From assembly GCA_951406725.2 (NCBI GenBank), contig OX597823.1, forward strand, positions 92,566,001 through 92,630,000: a DNA stretch of 64,000 bases. The letters run 5' to 3'. How positions within the stretch are numbered: position 1 is the stretch's first letter; the number at the start of each line of letters is the position of its first letter. This DNA is from Octopus vulgaris (Eukaryota). The translations under genes and the position numbers were made by a program. Below the pieces are notes generated by a model. The model was not told the origin of the DNA. It was given only the letters and a program-made list of their open reading frames with translations, and ran no database searches. Positions 29,027 through 43,007 of this stretch are shown one piece after another.

Positions 29027-32000
29027 ACACGTGAGTGTGTTTGTTTGAGTAAACATAAGTATTGTGTGACATTTGGCAAAAAAGAACTTGAAATCGGTGG
29101 GTTTTTTTTTTTTGCTTTTTACGTTACATTTTTTATTTATTTATTATCCAGCAGAAACATATAACTAACATTTATCACACTGATTGATCAAATTTCGTTT
29201 CCCTCAAAGATGGCGTATCATTTTGCCTCCCACATTTTTTGGAGTGGGGTCAGAGATTTTATAAAAAATTTTCAATTCTTCATAGCGATAATATATTTTG
29301 TTTATATACGGTTTGTATATTTATACATTGTTTATTGCCCTTTTTATAGAAGAAACGAGAAATAACATCGTCGGTCATAAAGTCTATTTCCGCGAAATTA
29401 TCTTTCAAATTCTCAAGAATGAGGCTTTTCCTTTGCTAAATATAAGGTTGTTTATCTTGTACGATATAATCCTATTGTTCGTAGTAATTGGTATAATCTC
29501 ATTATCATTCAGTTATACGATTCCAGATTAGCCAAAACACGGCTTAAAATTTGTTATCTTAAAGTTTGCAAACCTTCTGTTTCAGAAGAAAATAAAAGAA
29601 AAAAATATGATTCGGTAGTTTAAACTGCTGGAAGCCTTATAACTATCATTGCCTGTGGACCAGAAAGTATGCTATCAGCAAAAGATCACATTTTGAAATA
29701 TCTCCTATATTTTAATGTTTATGAGTTTAAACTGGAACTTGAAAGTTCTATGCTGGACATCTAGTCCAATAAACCCAAAAATCTTTTCTCACGTACGAAA
29801 AGGAAGAGGCCCAGTGATAGCCGAACCAGACACGATTTCAATAAGAATGTCACAAACCTTAAATACGAAACATAAACAAAATTCTACTGTATTTGATATG
29901 ATGACATATGAAGTCGTGGAACAGATAATAAATGGCACACATCTAACAACTATGACCAAAGTTCTGCGAATTTCAAATTTTAAAGGATCAATTGATGGAA
30001 GATGTAAGTGTTTAGGCTGTTTCAATGTGTTTATGAAGTTGAAATCCTAAACATTATGCAAGTTACCAATAAGTGTAGCCTGAATGAAAAGAAGTTATAC
30101 ATTGATTTGAAGTGTAAGTAGAATTATTTCGTCTTAGCCTTTCTATTCGTGACAATGGTGATTTTAATTCAGATAAGTCTCACTCGAAACAGCAAGTGGA
30201 AAATTAAAAGTTAACGTTACAAATAACTCCAATCCTATAGACATGTGATAGCCTGAATATTTAATTATGAAGGATGTCATATTTAATAATTTCCTGTGTG
30301 ATAGGTTTCAAATAATATAAATTGTAAGTTTGAGTGTTTCATGAAACACTGATGGGCGAGTTGCAGAAAATAAAATAAAATAAAATTAAAGTTAGGGATA
30401 TAAAGACAGTTATGATCTGTGCATTCCTCACCGGTATGTTATATTTTAAGACATGTACAAGAATCAGAACGAAAGCAATCTTAAAGGCTGGCTTTGATTT
30501 CCCCAGGCTCCCTCTGTACAAAAGATGATAAGATGCTGGCTTTAACGGGGATTGAATTTTCAAGTTGTGTTACGCCGCCAGAGACAACTTGCAAATCATA
30601 TCCTTTGATAAAATATTATGGACATAGTTTTCGACACCATAAATTTTTGAAAATGTTGTAAATATTGCACGCTTAACAAAACAATAATTTTAGCAACGAC
30701 ACAACACGGTGCTTTTCTCGCCTGTTGCCATCAGCTGGAGCGGAGGAAACGAGGAGTTTGTACTTTTGAATATCAGGAAGATCAGCATGAGCAGAATATT
30801 TATCTTGATTTTTACGATGAAGTGAGAAAATATGGAGGAACCGCAGACGCGCCCAATGGTGCTTTTTAAGATTTGTAAATGGCATAAAAGTAATTAGATA
30901 TGTTGTCTCCTCATGTTTGTCGCTCCTACTAACAATGCACTATAAATTTCTACCTTAAGGCCCACAGCTGGGCAGCTGATTAAACGCGATGCTTTACAGA
31001 AGCAGTAATAAAGACTATAATTGATTTTATAACCATTCTATAACAAATATAATCATTCTCCTAGATATTAGCGGCATTCATTTCCTCGACATACAACGCA
31101 ACAAATATTAATGAGCTCTAGATAAATAGAAGAGGAAGTTAAAGCTGCAATTATTTTAAATGTACTATTAACATTTAACCTGAAATTAGATCAAACGTTT
31201 ACTTATTCCGTACGAGAACTGAATTGATATTTAAAATGCACTTTGTTTCCGTTCAATTGCCACGAGAAGTTAAGCAACATAATTTTGAAAACTTTGCAAA
31301 ACATGAACAGCTGTAACAAACCTACTCACACACTTGCGCCTACTCACACACACACATATATAAATCCATTTCCATTATATATAACAAACCCACTCTTAAG
31401 CTGTCTGCATGTCTGTTAATCTACGAAACAACCGTCCATGTGTATTTTCTCTTCCTTCTGAAAAGGACAAGATAATCCATACACACGCTCTTATATTCTT
31501 TTATCTCATTCGGTTTATGTCAAAATGTCAACATATGTACTAAGATTAGTTGGCGATGTAAACGACGCAAAGTAAATGGTTGAAGCACTAGTAATATTTT
31601 TACACTGTGTTATATGAGAAATAGTTAGATGTAACAGAGTTCTGTAAGAAACTATTCATTTCAACATACAGTAGTTGTTGTTATGCTGTTTTAAGACCGT
31701 CACCATTCAAGCTGTGCAACAAGTTAATCAAATTTGATTGTGACTGTTTTCAGGCTATATATGTCTAGGACTAATATACCGAATACAACCCTTTGATTTT
31801 TCACTATAAGATGCAAGTTAGGGAGACTGGTTTAGTAGTAATATCTAGTAGAATGATCGTCGAAGTGTAGTGTGCAACTCAATTTATGCGCGAATTAATG
31901 ATGGCGTCGGCAACATTAAACCTTATAAGGCAAATTATGCCAACTGGATAATTTATAGAGTGGGGGCTTACTAACTGAAACACACTTTGCACTCAAATTG

Positions 32001-35000
32001 CAAAACTGTGTCATGTCCATCGGATAACTGCTTCGCGTGTACTAGTTTTGTTACCCTCGATTTAATGAAGCGCCTCTCATTCGCTGTTAGCCGTAAACAA
32101 TGCGTATAACTTGAGAAGGGTTTGTTATTAAATCTTTAAATCTCACATAACGCAGTTTAAAATATTCCTAGGTATTTTCCAAGTCAAATGTATATACACA
32201 CAAGGGGATTCTTGAGTTACTACATAATGTATACATATATGCATATATATTTTTTTTTATGTGTACGTGGGTTTATGTGCGTGTGCGTGTGTGCCTGTTT
32301 GTGCGTGTGTGTGTCTATATATAGACAGATAGATAGTTATGTTCTATATCTGTATGCATGCATGTATGTATGTATGTATGTATGTATGCATATATGTATA
32401 CTTTAGCTGCGTCTTAGATATCTACGGATTTTGAGATAATACTACTTACAGACCATGGGTGTACTGAATTACTTCTGCAGTATTTGCATATATATTGGCT
32501 ATGCATGTGAGTGGTCATCATTAATCTAAGATGAGAACTACATTATAAAGAAAAACGTTTCAGGGATGCCGCCATTTTTTTTTACTCGTACTATTGAAAA
32601 ACGTATTTCAATGGGAAAATGATACATAAATTGATTTGTATCTTTTTATGCGTGATGCTTCAGATAAACAGTTTTACATTTGAGAAGCGCTCGGCAAGAA
32701 CCAGTTGTATGTGATAGCAGTGTTAATGCTGAGCGTTTGTTGGTTTTTATTCTTCTTTATTCTTCCCTTCAGGATAAGCGTTTCATTCAATTTCCAAAAT
32801 AGACGATCAGCAATAAATATCGGCAAGAATATACAATGAATACTAAGAACTATAAATTTAAATTATTCCTCATACAAACTCTAGAAGACATCACAATTGC
32901 TTCATTTCTGCACGAAATAATTCCGATTACACATAATATACTGTTAGCATTTAAAGCAGTTGCCAGTGATAAGTTTCGTTCAAATGGCGGCACTGTTTTC
33001 TATTTCAGTTGTATTTTAGGCTGTTATTTTCAGGTTTTCCTGTTTGTTTGTTTTAGTGCTCTATGGCAGCAGGAACTATAGATATTTATTGTATTCAGTT
33101 CTGATTCATCCAAGGGCGTATTTCTGTTTAAGGTTGCACTAGGGACGGTACGTATAAATCGAATAAATGTGTGCGTAACAACAGCGAATAATTCCCTCAC
33201 CTTTACAACATCCGTCTTAGTAACCTGACAGTCTTACAAAAATGATTTCCAAGAAAAGTGTGCAAAAAATAAAATACGAAAGATTAAAAACGATTATACT
33301 GTTTGCTGGAAATCTTGTTAATTCCATAAAAAATAGAACTGCATTAGAAAAAAATCTACAAGACATTCACTCCAGACCTTATCGTAATTTGTTGTTCTTT
33401 TCTTATCTGTCTAAAAGTAATTTTGCGATTGTGTTTCCCTAGCGGTATATCTATAAGGCATAAATATTCCCTCTTCTCTGTTCTGAACAATACTATCTTC
33501 GTCAATTCATTTATCAGTGTCTGTATCAAGTTTTTGGTTTGCAGCTTTCTTCCGTTTTCATTTTTTGGATTTGGCTTTGTCTCACTCTTATATTCCAAAC
33601 TCATTTCTGATGGTATTCTTGTGAAGTCACTGAAGAACTGGACAATGCGAGGAAGTTTATCGATTGGTCTGTTGGTTTATCCTCTAGACCAAATTGAAAG
33701 CGAGAGGATATGGGGTTAGGCTTTTCGGTTCACGTCGTAGTGGTCAGAGTATTCGGCTAAAACGTTGTACCGTTGAGCAAGACGCTCTGTAGTTCAATTG
33801 ACCATTCTTGCTACATTCTGTGTCGCGTTGGATTTCCGTCAGAACCACACTAAGGGTACGCGTGTCTGGAATACTCAACCACTTACAAGTTAATTTCACG
33901 AGCAGGCAGTTCGTTGATCGGATCCTCGTCATTGTAACCGATGGAATACCAGTTACTCTTTGCAAATGAATCGCTGCTTTCACTGTTGTTTAGATGTTTC
34001 AGTGTGTTCTACCCTTAAATAACCTACTTCAGTAGATTGCTGAGTGTAAATGGTGAAGCCTTGTGTAAAATCCAGCCTCGTAAGATGATCATTCAGTAAT
34101 CACGATCGAGGGCGATGTAACTCTCCGTCATGTGCAAACGCCTGAAGTTGAAAAAGACCTCAACGATCACGAAGCAGTGGTTCTATTCAATGAGGAGTGG
34201 CTATAATAAGTGACAGAAATTAATCTTGGTGCAATATTTGAAAATTCATTTTCGTTTCCAAAAAACAAACTCAAATATGACATATAATGTATACATGGAT
34301 TTTGTAGAAGAAAAGTGGTCTGAGAAGGAAAGGAGTCACATTGTAAGCAACATGAAAAGAAATCAATAGAGACTATGGATGGTCATTTCACAGCATTTTG
34401 TCCAGGGTTCTAACGATTCTGTCAGCGCCCTGCTTTATGTAACAACACTAAAATTTTCAACAAATATAATAGCTAAAATAATTACTTGAAAATATGGTTT
34501 CTGCATTAAAACACATCCGCAGAGGACATTAATTGATTTTTTTTTTTTAAAAGCACACCATTAATCAAATTTGACACCGAAATGCGAGAGATCAAACACA
34601 TAAAACAGGTGACGATAGGAAGGAATGATGACTAGTAAATTGTGTGAATATTATTGGAAATGTAAAATATTTATGTGTTTACTTCCCAGAAAATATTACA
34701 TTATTGTCCACATTTCAGTCCAGTATAGCAGCATCTGTATAGTAGAGTATATTTCTAAATATTCCCCATAGCAGAAGATAGGCTGCCAGAAAAGGCAGAA
34801 TATAATGAGAGAATCATGGAAAGAATGAGCATATTAGCATTTACAAAAGTTGGAGAAGTCTTCGATCGATAACTTTATAATGCTAAGATCATTGCTGGAT
34901 CATTAATTTCGGTTTTTATTGTCTTTACCAAGTCTATCAAAAGTATTGATATCAAACTAATCAATGAAACAGTAACATACTAATTAATCAACATATGTTT

Positions 35001-35428
35001 TTCGTTTGATCACTCAAGTTTATTCAATGTGATGATTTGAAGAATTACAAACGTGATACGATCCAATACGTCACCGTAATGAGGTAGTGGAAACTCCAGA
35101 ACACTTTATAAAATTATTTTGTGGAGATGCATTTATACTGTGTTGAAGTATGTGTTCTGAGATAAAAATGCAATCAATTTAGTCTATTATTTCAGTAATC
35201 TGCATAATCCCATTCGCAATTTTGCATATGTTAAGTCACTTGCGAGGTCTCTCGTCAGGACTACTGGTAATATGGGATCAAGTCCAATATATTACATGGC
35301 CGTGTCTTGGGTGACTAAACCAGCACTTCCGCTAGGCTCCCCTGGTGAAGAGAGTTACTAGAAACTTAGCAGGACTAAAACCGAAACCTGCAAAAAGGAC
35401 GGATGAACATAGTGTTGTATCAGTGTAT

Positions 35429-35462
<34 letters not shown>

Positions 35463-35463
<1 letters not shown>

Positions 35464-36558
35464 GCAATAATAATTCTCTAAAAGGGATATAGACAGTAAC
35501 TGCTCGATAACATAAGGGACTAAAGCCATCTGAATATGGCTAGGGACAGGGCAGGGTGGTGTGGGTGTTACTGTTGCATTTAGCCCCAGGCGAACATCGA
35601 CGTCACCAGAAAGGCTCGACACCGTCACGGTGCCCTAAACCTGCAAAGGGAGGTAATTCCCCGATGAAGCGGAAACCACACACGGACCATGGTTTCAAGG
35701 TGTATTGCCTATCATCGGCGTGTGGTAGGCCACCGCTTCCTCGACGAATTTTCACTCTGCAGGATTTTCTTATATAGATTTTCAAGCAAAATACATTTGC
35801 TGATTTCGAAAATCTGTTCGAAAGCAATAATAATTCTCTAAAAGGGATATAGACAGTAACTGCTCGATAACATAAGGGACTAAAGCCATCTGAATATGGC
35901 TAGGGACAGGGCAGGGTGGTGGGGGTGTTACTGTTGCATTTAGCCCCAGGCGAACATCGACGTCACCAGAAAGGCTCGACACCGTCACGGTGCCCTAAAC
36001 CTGCAAAGGGAGGTAATTCCCCGATGAGTTTCCGCTTCATCGGGGAATTACCTCCCTTTGCAGGTTTAGGGCACCGTGACGGTGTCGAGCCTTTCTGGTG
36101 ACGTCGATGTTCGCCTGGGGCTAAATGCAACAGTAACACCCCCACCACCCTGCCCTGTCCCTAGCCATATTCAGATGGCTTTAGTCCCTTATGTTATCGA
36201 GCAGTTACTGTCTATATCCCTTTTAGAGAATTATTATTGCTTTCGAACAGATTTTCGAAATCAGCAAATGTATTTTGCTTGAAAATCTATATAAGAAAAT
36301 CCTGCAGAGTGAAAATTCGTCGAGGAAGCGGAGGCCTACCACACGCCGATGATAGGCAATACACCTTGAAACCATGGTCCGTGTGTGGTTTCCGCTTCAT
36401 CGGGGAATTACCTCCCTTTGCAGGTTTAGGGCACCGTGACGGTGTCGAGCCTTTCTGGTGACGTCGATGTTCGCCTGGGGCTAAATGCAACAGTAACACC
36501 CCCACCACCCTGCCCTGTCCCTAGCCATATTCAGATGGCTTTAGTCCCTTATGTTATA
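35463..36558. mobile_element. Second palindromic copy of the 360-bp hammerhead unit, in (TA)n
   Basis: Left arm 35463-36027 (about 1.6 units), right arm 36028-36558 (about 1.5 units). Same outer termini as 5710-8458. HHRs at 35679-35724 (-) and 36340-36385 (+). Confidence 0.95.
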
Positions 36559-36724
36559 TATATATATATATACATGAAATACTAAAGAGTAAATTAAATC
36601 AATAAAATCGCCATTGGCTTTTGTGTTAGGTACGCTAGGTAAGTGCAGTAACGGATTACTAGGATTTCAAGGTTGTAACCGAGATGGTAGGCAAGGAACC
36701 AAAGCAGATTTCCGATATAGCGGA

Positions 36725-36965
36725 TATATAATTGTTAAAGAGGACAACATACATTAAGGCAAGTCGAACATTTCAAGTAATATACATTTCAAGTGAATGT
36801 CTTATAGCTGTTTCTCGGATATCCGAGAATGATGACTGAATATCCCATACTCTGATATATCCCCAAAACAGTGGTAAGACTGAATTTTCTCCAATAATAA
36901 TAATAATACATATGCCTTGAGATGTTTGCTTTGCCTTAACCTTTGTTGTCGTCTTTAACGATTAT
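36725..36965. mobile_element. Degenerate fold-back element with hammerhead 3' halves
   Basis: Inverted arms at about 36725-36820 and 36855-36965. The minus strand reads GAAAcagctataagac and the plus arm aaaacagtggtaagac. Related motif at 50010-50060. Confidence 0.55.
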
Positions 36966-36982
36966 ATATATATATATATATA

Positions 36983-38479
36983 CGAGAATGAAGCAACAAG
37001 AATGGATAGGTTTTTAGTACAATCGTTTCATACAAGGACAGGTTTTATTAAAAGTTGCAAAAATTACAGCATATAAACGTGTCCCGTACTCATCAGCTAA
37101 AATACATGTGAGTTCTCTAGACATCCTAGTGGTTGAGGCTATACTCATGAAGTAATGTAGATAATTAAGTAACATAAACAGATTTCAAAAGTTCATTAAA
37201 GTTCTTTAAAGATGATGTACAGTCTTATCACAGAATTTTAAAAAGTCTTAATAGCATCACAGAGAAGGTGACCCAATCCATAGTGCACATATGAATTTCC
37301 AGAGATATGATGAGGGATTACATACTCACAGAAGGCAAATTTATCCATTGTTAATTACAACGAGGTGGGTTTCAATTCCTGCTTATTAGCATTACAGAGA
37401 GGGTGAATTAATCCTTTGTATAGATGCACAATTTCCAATGGTGTAGGTGTAAATTTCCAAGGAATTTCATATTCACAGGCGATAAATTTATCAATGGTTG
37501 AACACAATGAGGTAGGTATCAATTCTTGCTATATGATTAGGTATTTGCCACATTAATCACATTACTGCTATTTACAAGAGGCTGTAGCTATTTAACTTTT
37601 AAAGGCTGAAGGGCTTACTAGAGCTGTATAGAATAGAAAAGGGAGGGGCATAGAAGAAAAGAGAGAAAATAAAAGAAAGAAAATAAAAGAGGAGGGAGCA
37701 AAAAGGGGGGAAAGGGGGACTCAAAGAGAAGAGAAAAGGAAAAAGAGAATAAGAAGAAGAAAAGGAAAAAGAGAAAAGAGAAAGAAAAAGAAAAAGGGAA
37801 GGAAGGGAAAAACGAAAAAGAAAAAGAAGAAAAAAAGAAAAAAGAAGAAAGAAGAAAGAAAAAGATAAAAAGGGTTCTAGTTATACAGAAGAATTAGTAG
37901 ACGACAAGTCTGGTTTTAGTTTACAGGCATCTAGGAATTAGAGGAGAATATTATTCTTTGACCAGTTAAAATAGCTAATTTATTGCTGTTGAAATCAGCT
38001 ATGAATTTAAAGAGAATCTAAAGAGATAACACAGTTAGGGGTTTCGGGGTCAGATGCTAAAATCACCAGAAAATACATTAGGGAAAACTAGGTATAATCT
38101 TATCAAAAAGTCATTAAAATTTACTTACTTATTTATTCATTTTATTGTCTTAAGGAGTTGCCGTTATTATTCATACATTGACGGACTACAGGTCAAATCT
38201 TAGAAGATCATTCAAAAGGTGTTAGGGGATTGTCTATCATAATGAAGATAATCATATTATCACCGAGGGAATAGTCTCATTTATTTAATTTTGAAATAGA
38301 ACCTGTCCTTGTATGAAACGATTGTACTAAAAACCTATCCATTCTTGTTGCTTCATTCTCGCTTATAATCACCCCACATTACTGTATTGTTAAATCAGTA
38401 TAGTTTTTTTTTGGTGCATCTAAGTTAGGTACCATATTCAAGTAAATTCATTTAAATTAACTTGAATCTTTATTGCTTT

Positions 38480-38484
<5 letters not shown>
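36983..38484. mobile_element. Non-coding PLE-like element with hammerhead and inverted terminal arm, in (TA)n
   Basis: 36983-37044 is the reverse complement of 38300-38361. Internal diverged duplication of about 140 bp (37260-37530) and a purine tract (37640-37875). (TA)n flanks. Confidence 0.8.
37012..37102 (-). ncRNA. Type I hammerhead ribozyme
   Basis: ttttag CTGATGA gtacgggac...gtccttgtat GAAA cgattg TA ctaaaa. Helix I is 6 bp, the core is canonical, helix II is extended and helix III is near-palindromic. Confidence 0.85.
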
Positions 38485-38520
<36 letters not shown>

Positions 38521-38526
<6 letters not shown>

Positions 38527-39200
38527 TTTTAATAATTATGAGTATAATTATAGTTAGCGTTCAGCAAAAAACTTGCTTCACCACATACCCTTTATTATTA
38601 TTGATATTATAATTCTCTCCCTGTTAATAAACTACATTTTTTCTGTAGATTTTTTTTACTCAACAACACACGTGGAGGGGTGAGGGAGAATACGAAACCT
38701 CATTCTTATGTTTTGAATTCGTTGGTACTGGTCATTGGATATAGTTTGTCTGATGTTACTTGAATCGGATAGTTATGTTCAACTTTTTCAGTACTCTCAA
38801 ATTTAAAATCTTGAAATACTGTACTGAAGAGGAAAATGATCGAATGGAAATGTGACTTTTGCATTTTTCATATCGATCTAATTCGGAAACGCGTCCACAA
38901 GTAATCCAATACCGAGTGAATTTCGTTATTTTCCCTCTCTACCTACGTGAATTATTTTGAGTATATGTTGTCCGGGAGTTTCTTCTTATAGTAGAAGAAA
39001 TAGCTAGTTTCTTTGGCTGCTATTTCTAAAGTTCGGTATGTGGTGAAGCAAGTGTTTTTTTTTTGCTGAACCCTAGTTATAATTATACTCATAATTATAA
39101 AAAAAAATATTGTTTAATTTTACCGAAAATAGTCCTTTTAAGATGCCGAATACTACTTGGTGGAATTATTAATTATTAATTAATTAATATTAAGATTATG
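38521..39200. mobile_element. Hammerhead-bearing fold-back element in (TA)n
   Basis: 38521-38589 is inverted relative to 39035-39110. The right arm has an extra tail of about 90 nt. HHR at 38820-38899. Confidence 0.8.
38820..38899 (+). ncRNA. Type I hammerhead ribozyme
   Basis: tgta CTGAAGA ggaa..gatcga-atggaaatg...catttttcat-atcgatc..ttcg GAAA cgcg TC caca. Long helix II, palindromic helix III acgcgt, GUC site, one mismatch in helix I. Confidence 0.75.
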
Positions 39201-39382
39201 TATATATATATATTCCTTTATTCATTTAGTCTTATGTATATAATGGATAATAAACTTAATGGTTTACACCTGGTAGCGTACTGGTGAAGTTCGGTCACTT
39301 TCAGAGTGGCTGCTTTTCTCTCTACGAAACAAAAAGTTACATTGTGGAACAGTCATTTTAACGAGTTGTTTTTATTTATTTC

Positions 39383-39481
39383 TCACCCGACGAGATACAT
39401 CTACACCACTGAATACTCGAGAACAAGTTGTTGGGTGTTTCACAAGAGGAATCGATACTAGATATGTCGAAACAATTGTGA
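39383..39481 (+). ncRNA. Hammerhead-like motif (U4C core)
   Basis: tcac CCGACGA gatacatcta...tagatatgtc GAAA caa TT gtga. Helices I and II pair, helix III is minimal. Lies in a ~320-bp segment between TA runs. Confidence 0.6.
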
Positions 39482-39526
39482 TTAATAATAAATTCTCGCA
39501 TATTCCATCTTTTGTCTTTCATTGTC

Positions 39527-39581
<55 letters not shown>

Positions 39582-40497
39582 GTATCTTTGTGTTTCTTCC
39601 CCACAACCACTTGAGAAGCGGTATAGTGAGCTTACATCCCCGTAACTTAGCTGTTCGGCAAAAGTGATCAATAGAATAAATATCAGGCTCATAAGACTGG
39701 AGTCGATTTCATTCGACCAAAACGTCCGCAGGACGGCGCCCCAGTATGGTTACAGTCTAATGACTGAAACAATTAAAAGTTACTCACACATATACAGCTT
39801 CATTGTCTTGCAAACAACTTGCACATGCAAGTGCTACCAGTCAATATATTCGCATATCGGAAGCCAGCAGATGTGTAGGGTCATCAGGAGAGAATGCGCG
39901 CCGTTTTGGGGCCTACCTCTCGACGTCATCAATGCGCACTGGCTCGCTTGCTAGATCAGCTGGTTATTAGATATAGCTCAATACTCTTCTAGCCATCGCT
40001 CATCGTCTCTTTTTAACCAAATCCAGTGGCTAGCCTTTTCCACTGTAGTTTGGATATCGGTCGTGGTGGTATTTACTTTATAATGAGCTACGCCTAACGA
40101 TAGCAACAGTCGTCTCACACTATGTCCAACAAACCCTCTACAACCGACTTCGATTGGAAAATGCTCCGCTTTCCAGCTTGCGTTTTCATATTCCTCAAGG
40201 AGGTTTACGTAATGAATATATTTAAATAATATTTAAATGAAAAATTCTCAACCACAAAATAAATACGTGCATACATACATACATACATGCTTACATGCAT
40301 GCATACGTGTTTGTATGTATGTATGTATGTATGTATGTATGTATGTGTGTGTATGTATTATGTATGTGTGTATGTATGTATGTATATATGTATGTATGGA
40401 TAGATGGATGGGTGCATCTATGTATAGATCGTTTGAAGAGGTGTGCAGATTATTTATTTTGCGCCTTTCTCTCATTTCGGAAAATCACCAGATATAT

Positions 40498-40543
<46 letters not shown>

Positions 40544-42613
40544 TCATAAACACTCCCACACACGAGTATATACATGGTTTGCATGTGTGTGTGTGTGTGT
40601 TCAATATATAATTTGTCAGACTTACAGTTGTTTATTGAATATCTTGTCTCAAAGATTTCTAATTGGCCTGAAAAATGTTCCTTTACTGCATTACCTCATA
40701 CGATATTCCTCTCATTTAATACAATCGTGACACATATTAGGTTTGCCTACTCGTTCTAGCATATCGATAGCATACTTAGAGGAATCCACGTTCACTTATT
40801 ATTTCAAGTTATTACTAAAATTTTTTAGTCCGATGTTGAAAGGTGATCTACTTTTAGTAATTCCCTTGTGTACAACCAATCAGTATAAATAGTATTTCTA
40901 ATCAGATGGTCGTTGTTTTGCAATCACTACCAGCAGATCTCTTATTTAATGTAATTTTCGTGTACTTCCTGGACCATGGACACAGAAAGCTGACTGGAAT
41001 TACTTCATGTATAAGTCTGATGCTTTGCAAAATTTCTTACAGTTGACACTTATCCATCTTAGATGATATTTTGTTATGTAATAATTCATGACTTGTTGCG
41101 TATATGATGTGACGTCTGCGACAAATTTTGAATACCATTCTCTTTGACAGTATCTAGAATAAAATTCTCCTACGGCATGCTGGTCTGCCTCCCATGATGT
41201 AAAAGTGCATTGATAGAAATGTATGTTTGTTTGGGATACATGCATATGGTAGATAGCAACAGACTCCCCTTACAACTCCTTTAGTCCCAAATATAGACGG
41301 GGGAAAAGAAACCAAGGAAAACCTAGACTGAGATCCAAAGATACTGCTAAAAGGAACATGAAGTGGAAAGGAATTGATCCTAAGTGACCAGTATTCAGAA
41401 AGCTGATCAACTAATGAAGAGTGACAGTCGCGGCCACTCACTACAGAAAATAAGGAATGTCATGGATTTTAGACAAGGCAAATTTTTACTGCGAATAAAT
41501 AAACTCGTTTCTCAAACCACGGCATATAACATAATTCAGTCAGCAAATTTCAATGATTTATTTATGGGCATATTGAAAATACTGACAGAAAATGCCTTAA
41601 TTTTACTCAACGTGACAAACATTGATATTTATGTGATTGTCGCATTAATATTCGTTGTGAAAATTGCGTCGATAATTTGGCGAAAGAAAATTCCAAACAC
41701 AAGCATATACAACTAACGAAGTTGTAAAAGACATATAAGGAAATATATTGCGGAATTTACCAGATAATGATTAAGTGAACTCACAGGACACACACAAACG
41801 TGTGTGTATATTTTCCCATATTCATTTATTTATGTGTATACGTATGTATATTTATAGCTGAGTAAACTGGAGCAGACGTGAAACGCAGCTCTTGGATCAA
41901 AAACACAACAGACCGCCGGTCTGAGAATCGAAACAACGCGAACGCCCGCCTTCACATATATACTGGAACTGTATATTCTTTCAGCAATATGTAGACATGA
42001 AAAAGATCGACAGAGACAAGACAAATTTTAGAACTTCCAAACAGAGATGATTGTTCTGTTTGTTCAACTCGCAATTACCAAACATTTCATTCTAAAACTC
42101 GCCCTCAGAAAGATTGTCGACTTTTCATTGATTCATTTGGAGACATGAAACAGACGATGCCATTGGTCACCAAATACCATAAACACAGTAAAACCAGTTC
42201 TTTGAAAATTGGGATATGTTCATTAGATTCTATTGAATGCATTTACAGTCTTTATTTCAAATTTGTAAAACTACTGAAATGCATAATGGATGATTGTAAG
42301 ATATTATTTCAAGAAAACGTGACAATAATTTAGATCCTCAAGCTGAATGTATCGTTATGGTCACCTATGTACCTCAGAGATTTGGTATGGCATAGAGAAT
42401 TGCAAAAATAACACATATTTGAGGAGGGAGGTTATTGGAAAGTACAAACCAAGATCGACTACTGACTTTGGTGAGTTTACTCGTATGGAGCCTCACAGCC
42501 ATTTGAGGTTTCAGAAAAATCACGTTGTGATTCCATAAGTAAATATTATTAGGAATTGTATAGAAAAAAAAAACAACGTTAAAATGTATTGTGTATTTTA
42601 GAAATATAACCAA

Positions 42614-43007
42614 TTATTTTCTACTCTAGGCACAAGACCCGAAAGTTTTGGGGAGGAAGCCAGTCGATTAGATGGACCCCAGTACGTTACTGGTACTTAG
42701 TTTATTGACCCTGAAAGGATGCAAAGCAAAGGCGATCTCTGTGGAATTTGAACTCTGAACGTAAAGACAGACGAAATACCTATTTCTTTACTACCCACAA
42801 GGGGCTAAACACAGAGAGAACAAAGAAGGACTGACAAACAGATTAAGTCGATTACCCCAGTGCGTAAATGGTACTTATTTAACCGACCCCGAAGGGATAA
42901 AAGGCAAAGTCGACCGTGGCGGAATTTGAACTCAGAACGTAACGGCAGACGAAATACCGCTTAGCATTTCGCCCAGCGGGCTGACCATTTTGTCAGCTCA
43001 CCGCCTT
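42614..43007 (-). mobile_element. SINE family B, internally duplicated copy
   Basis: Minus strand ggcggtgagctgacaaaatggtcagc...gagttcaaattccgcc..ggtcgactttgccttt; the core is present twice. Confidence 0.85.
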
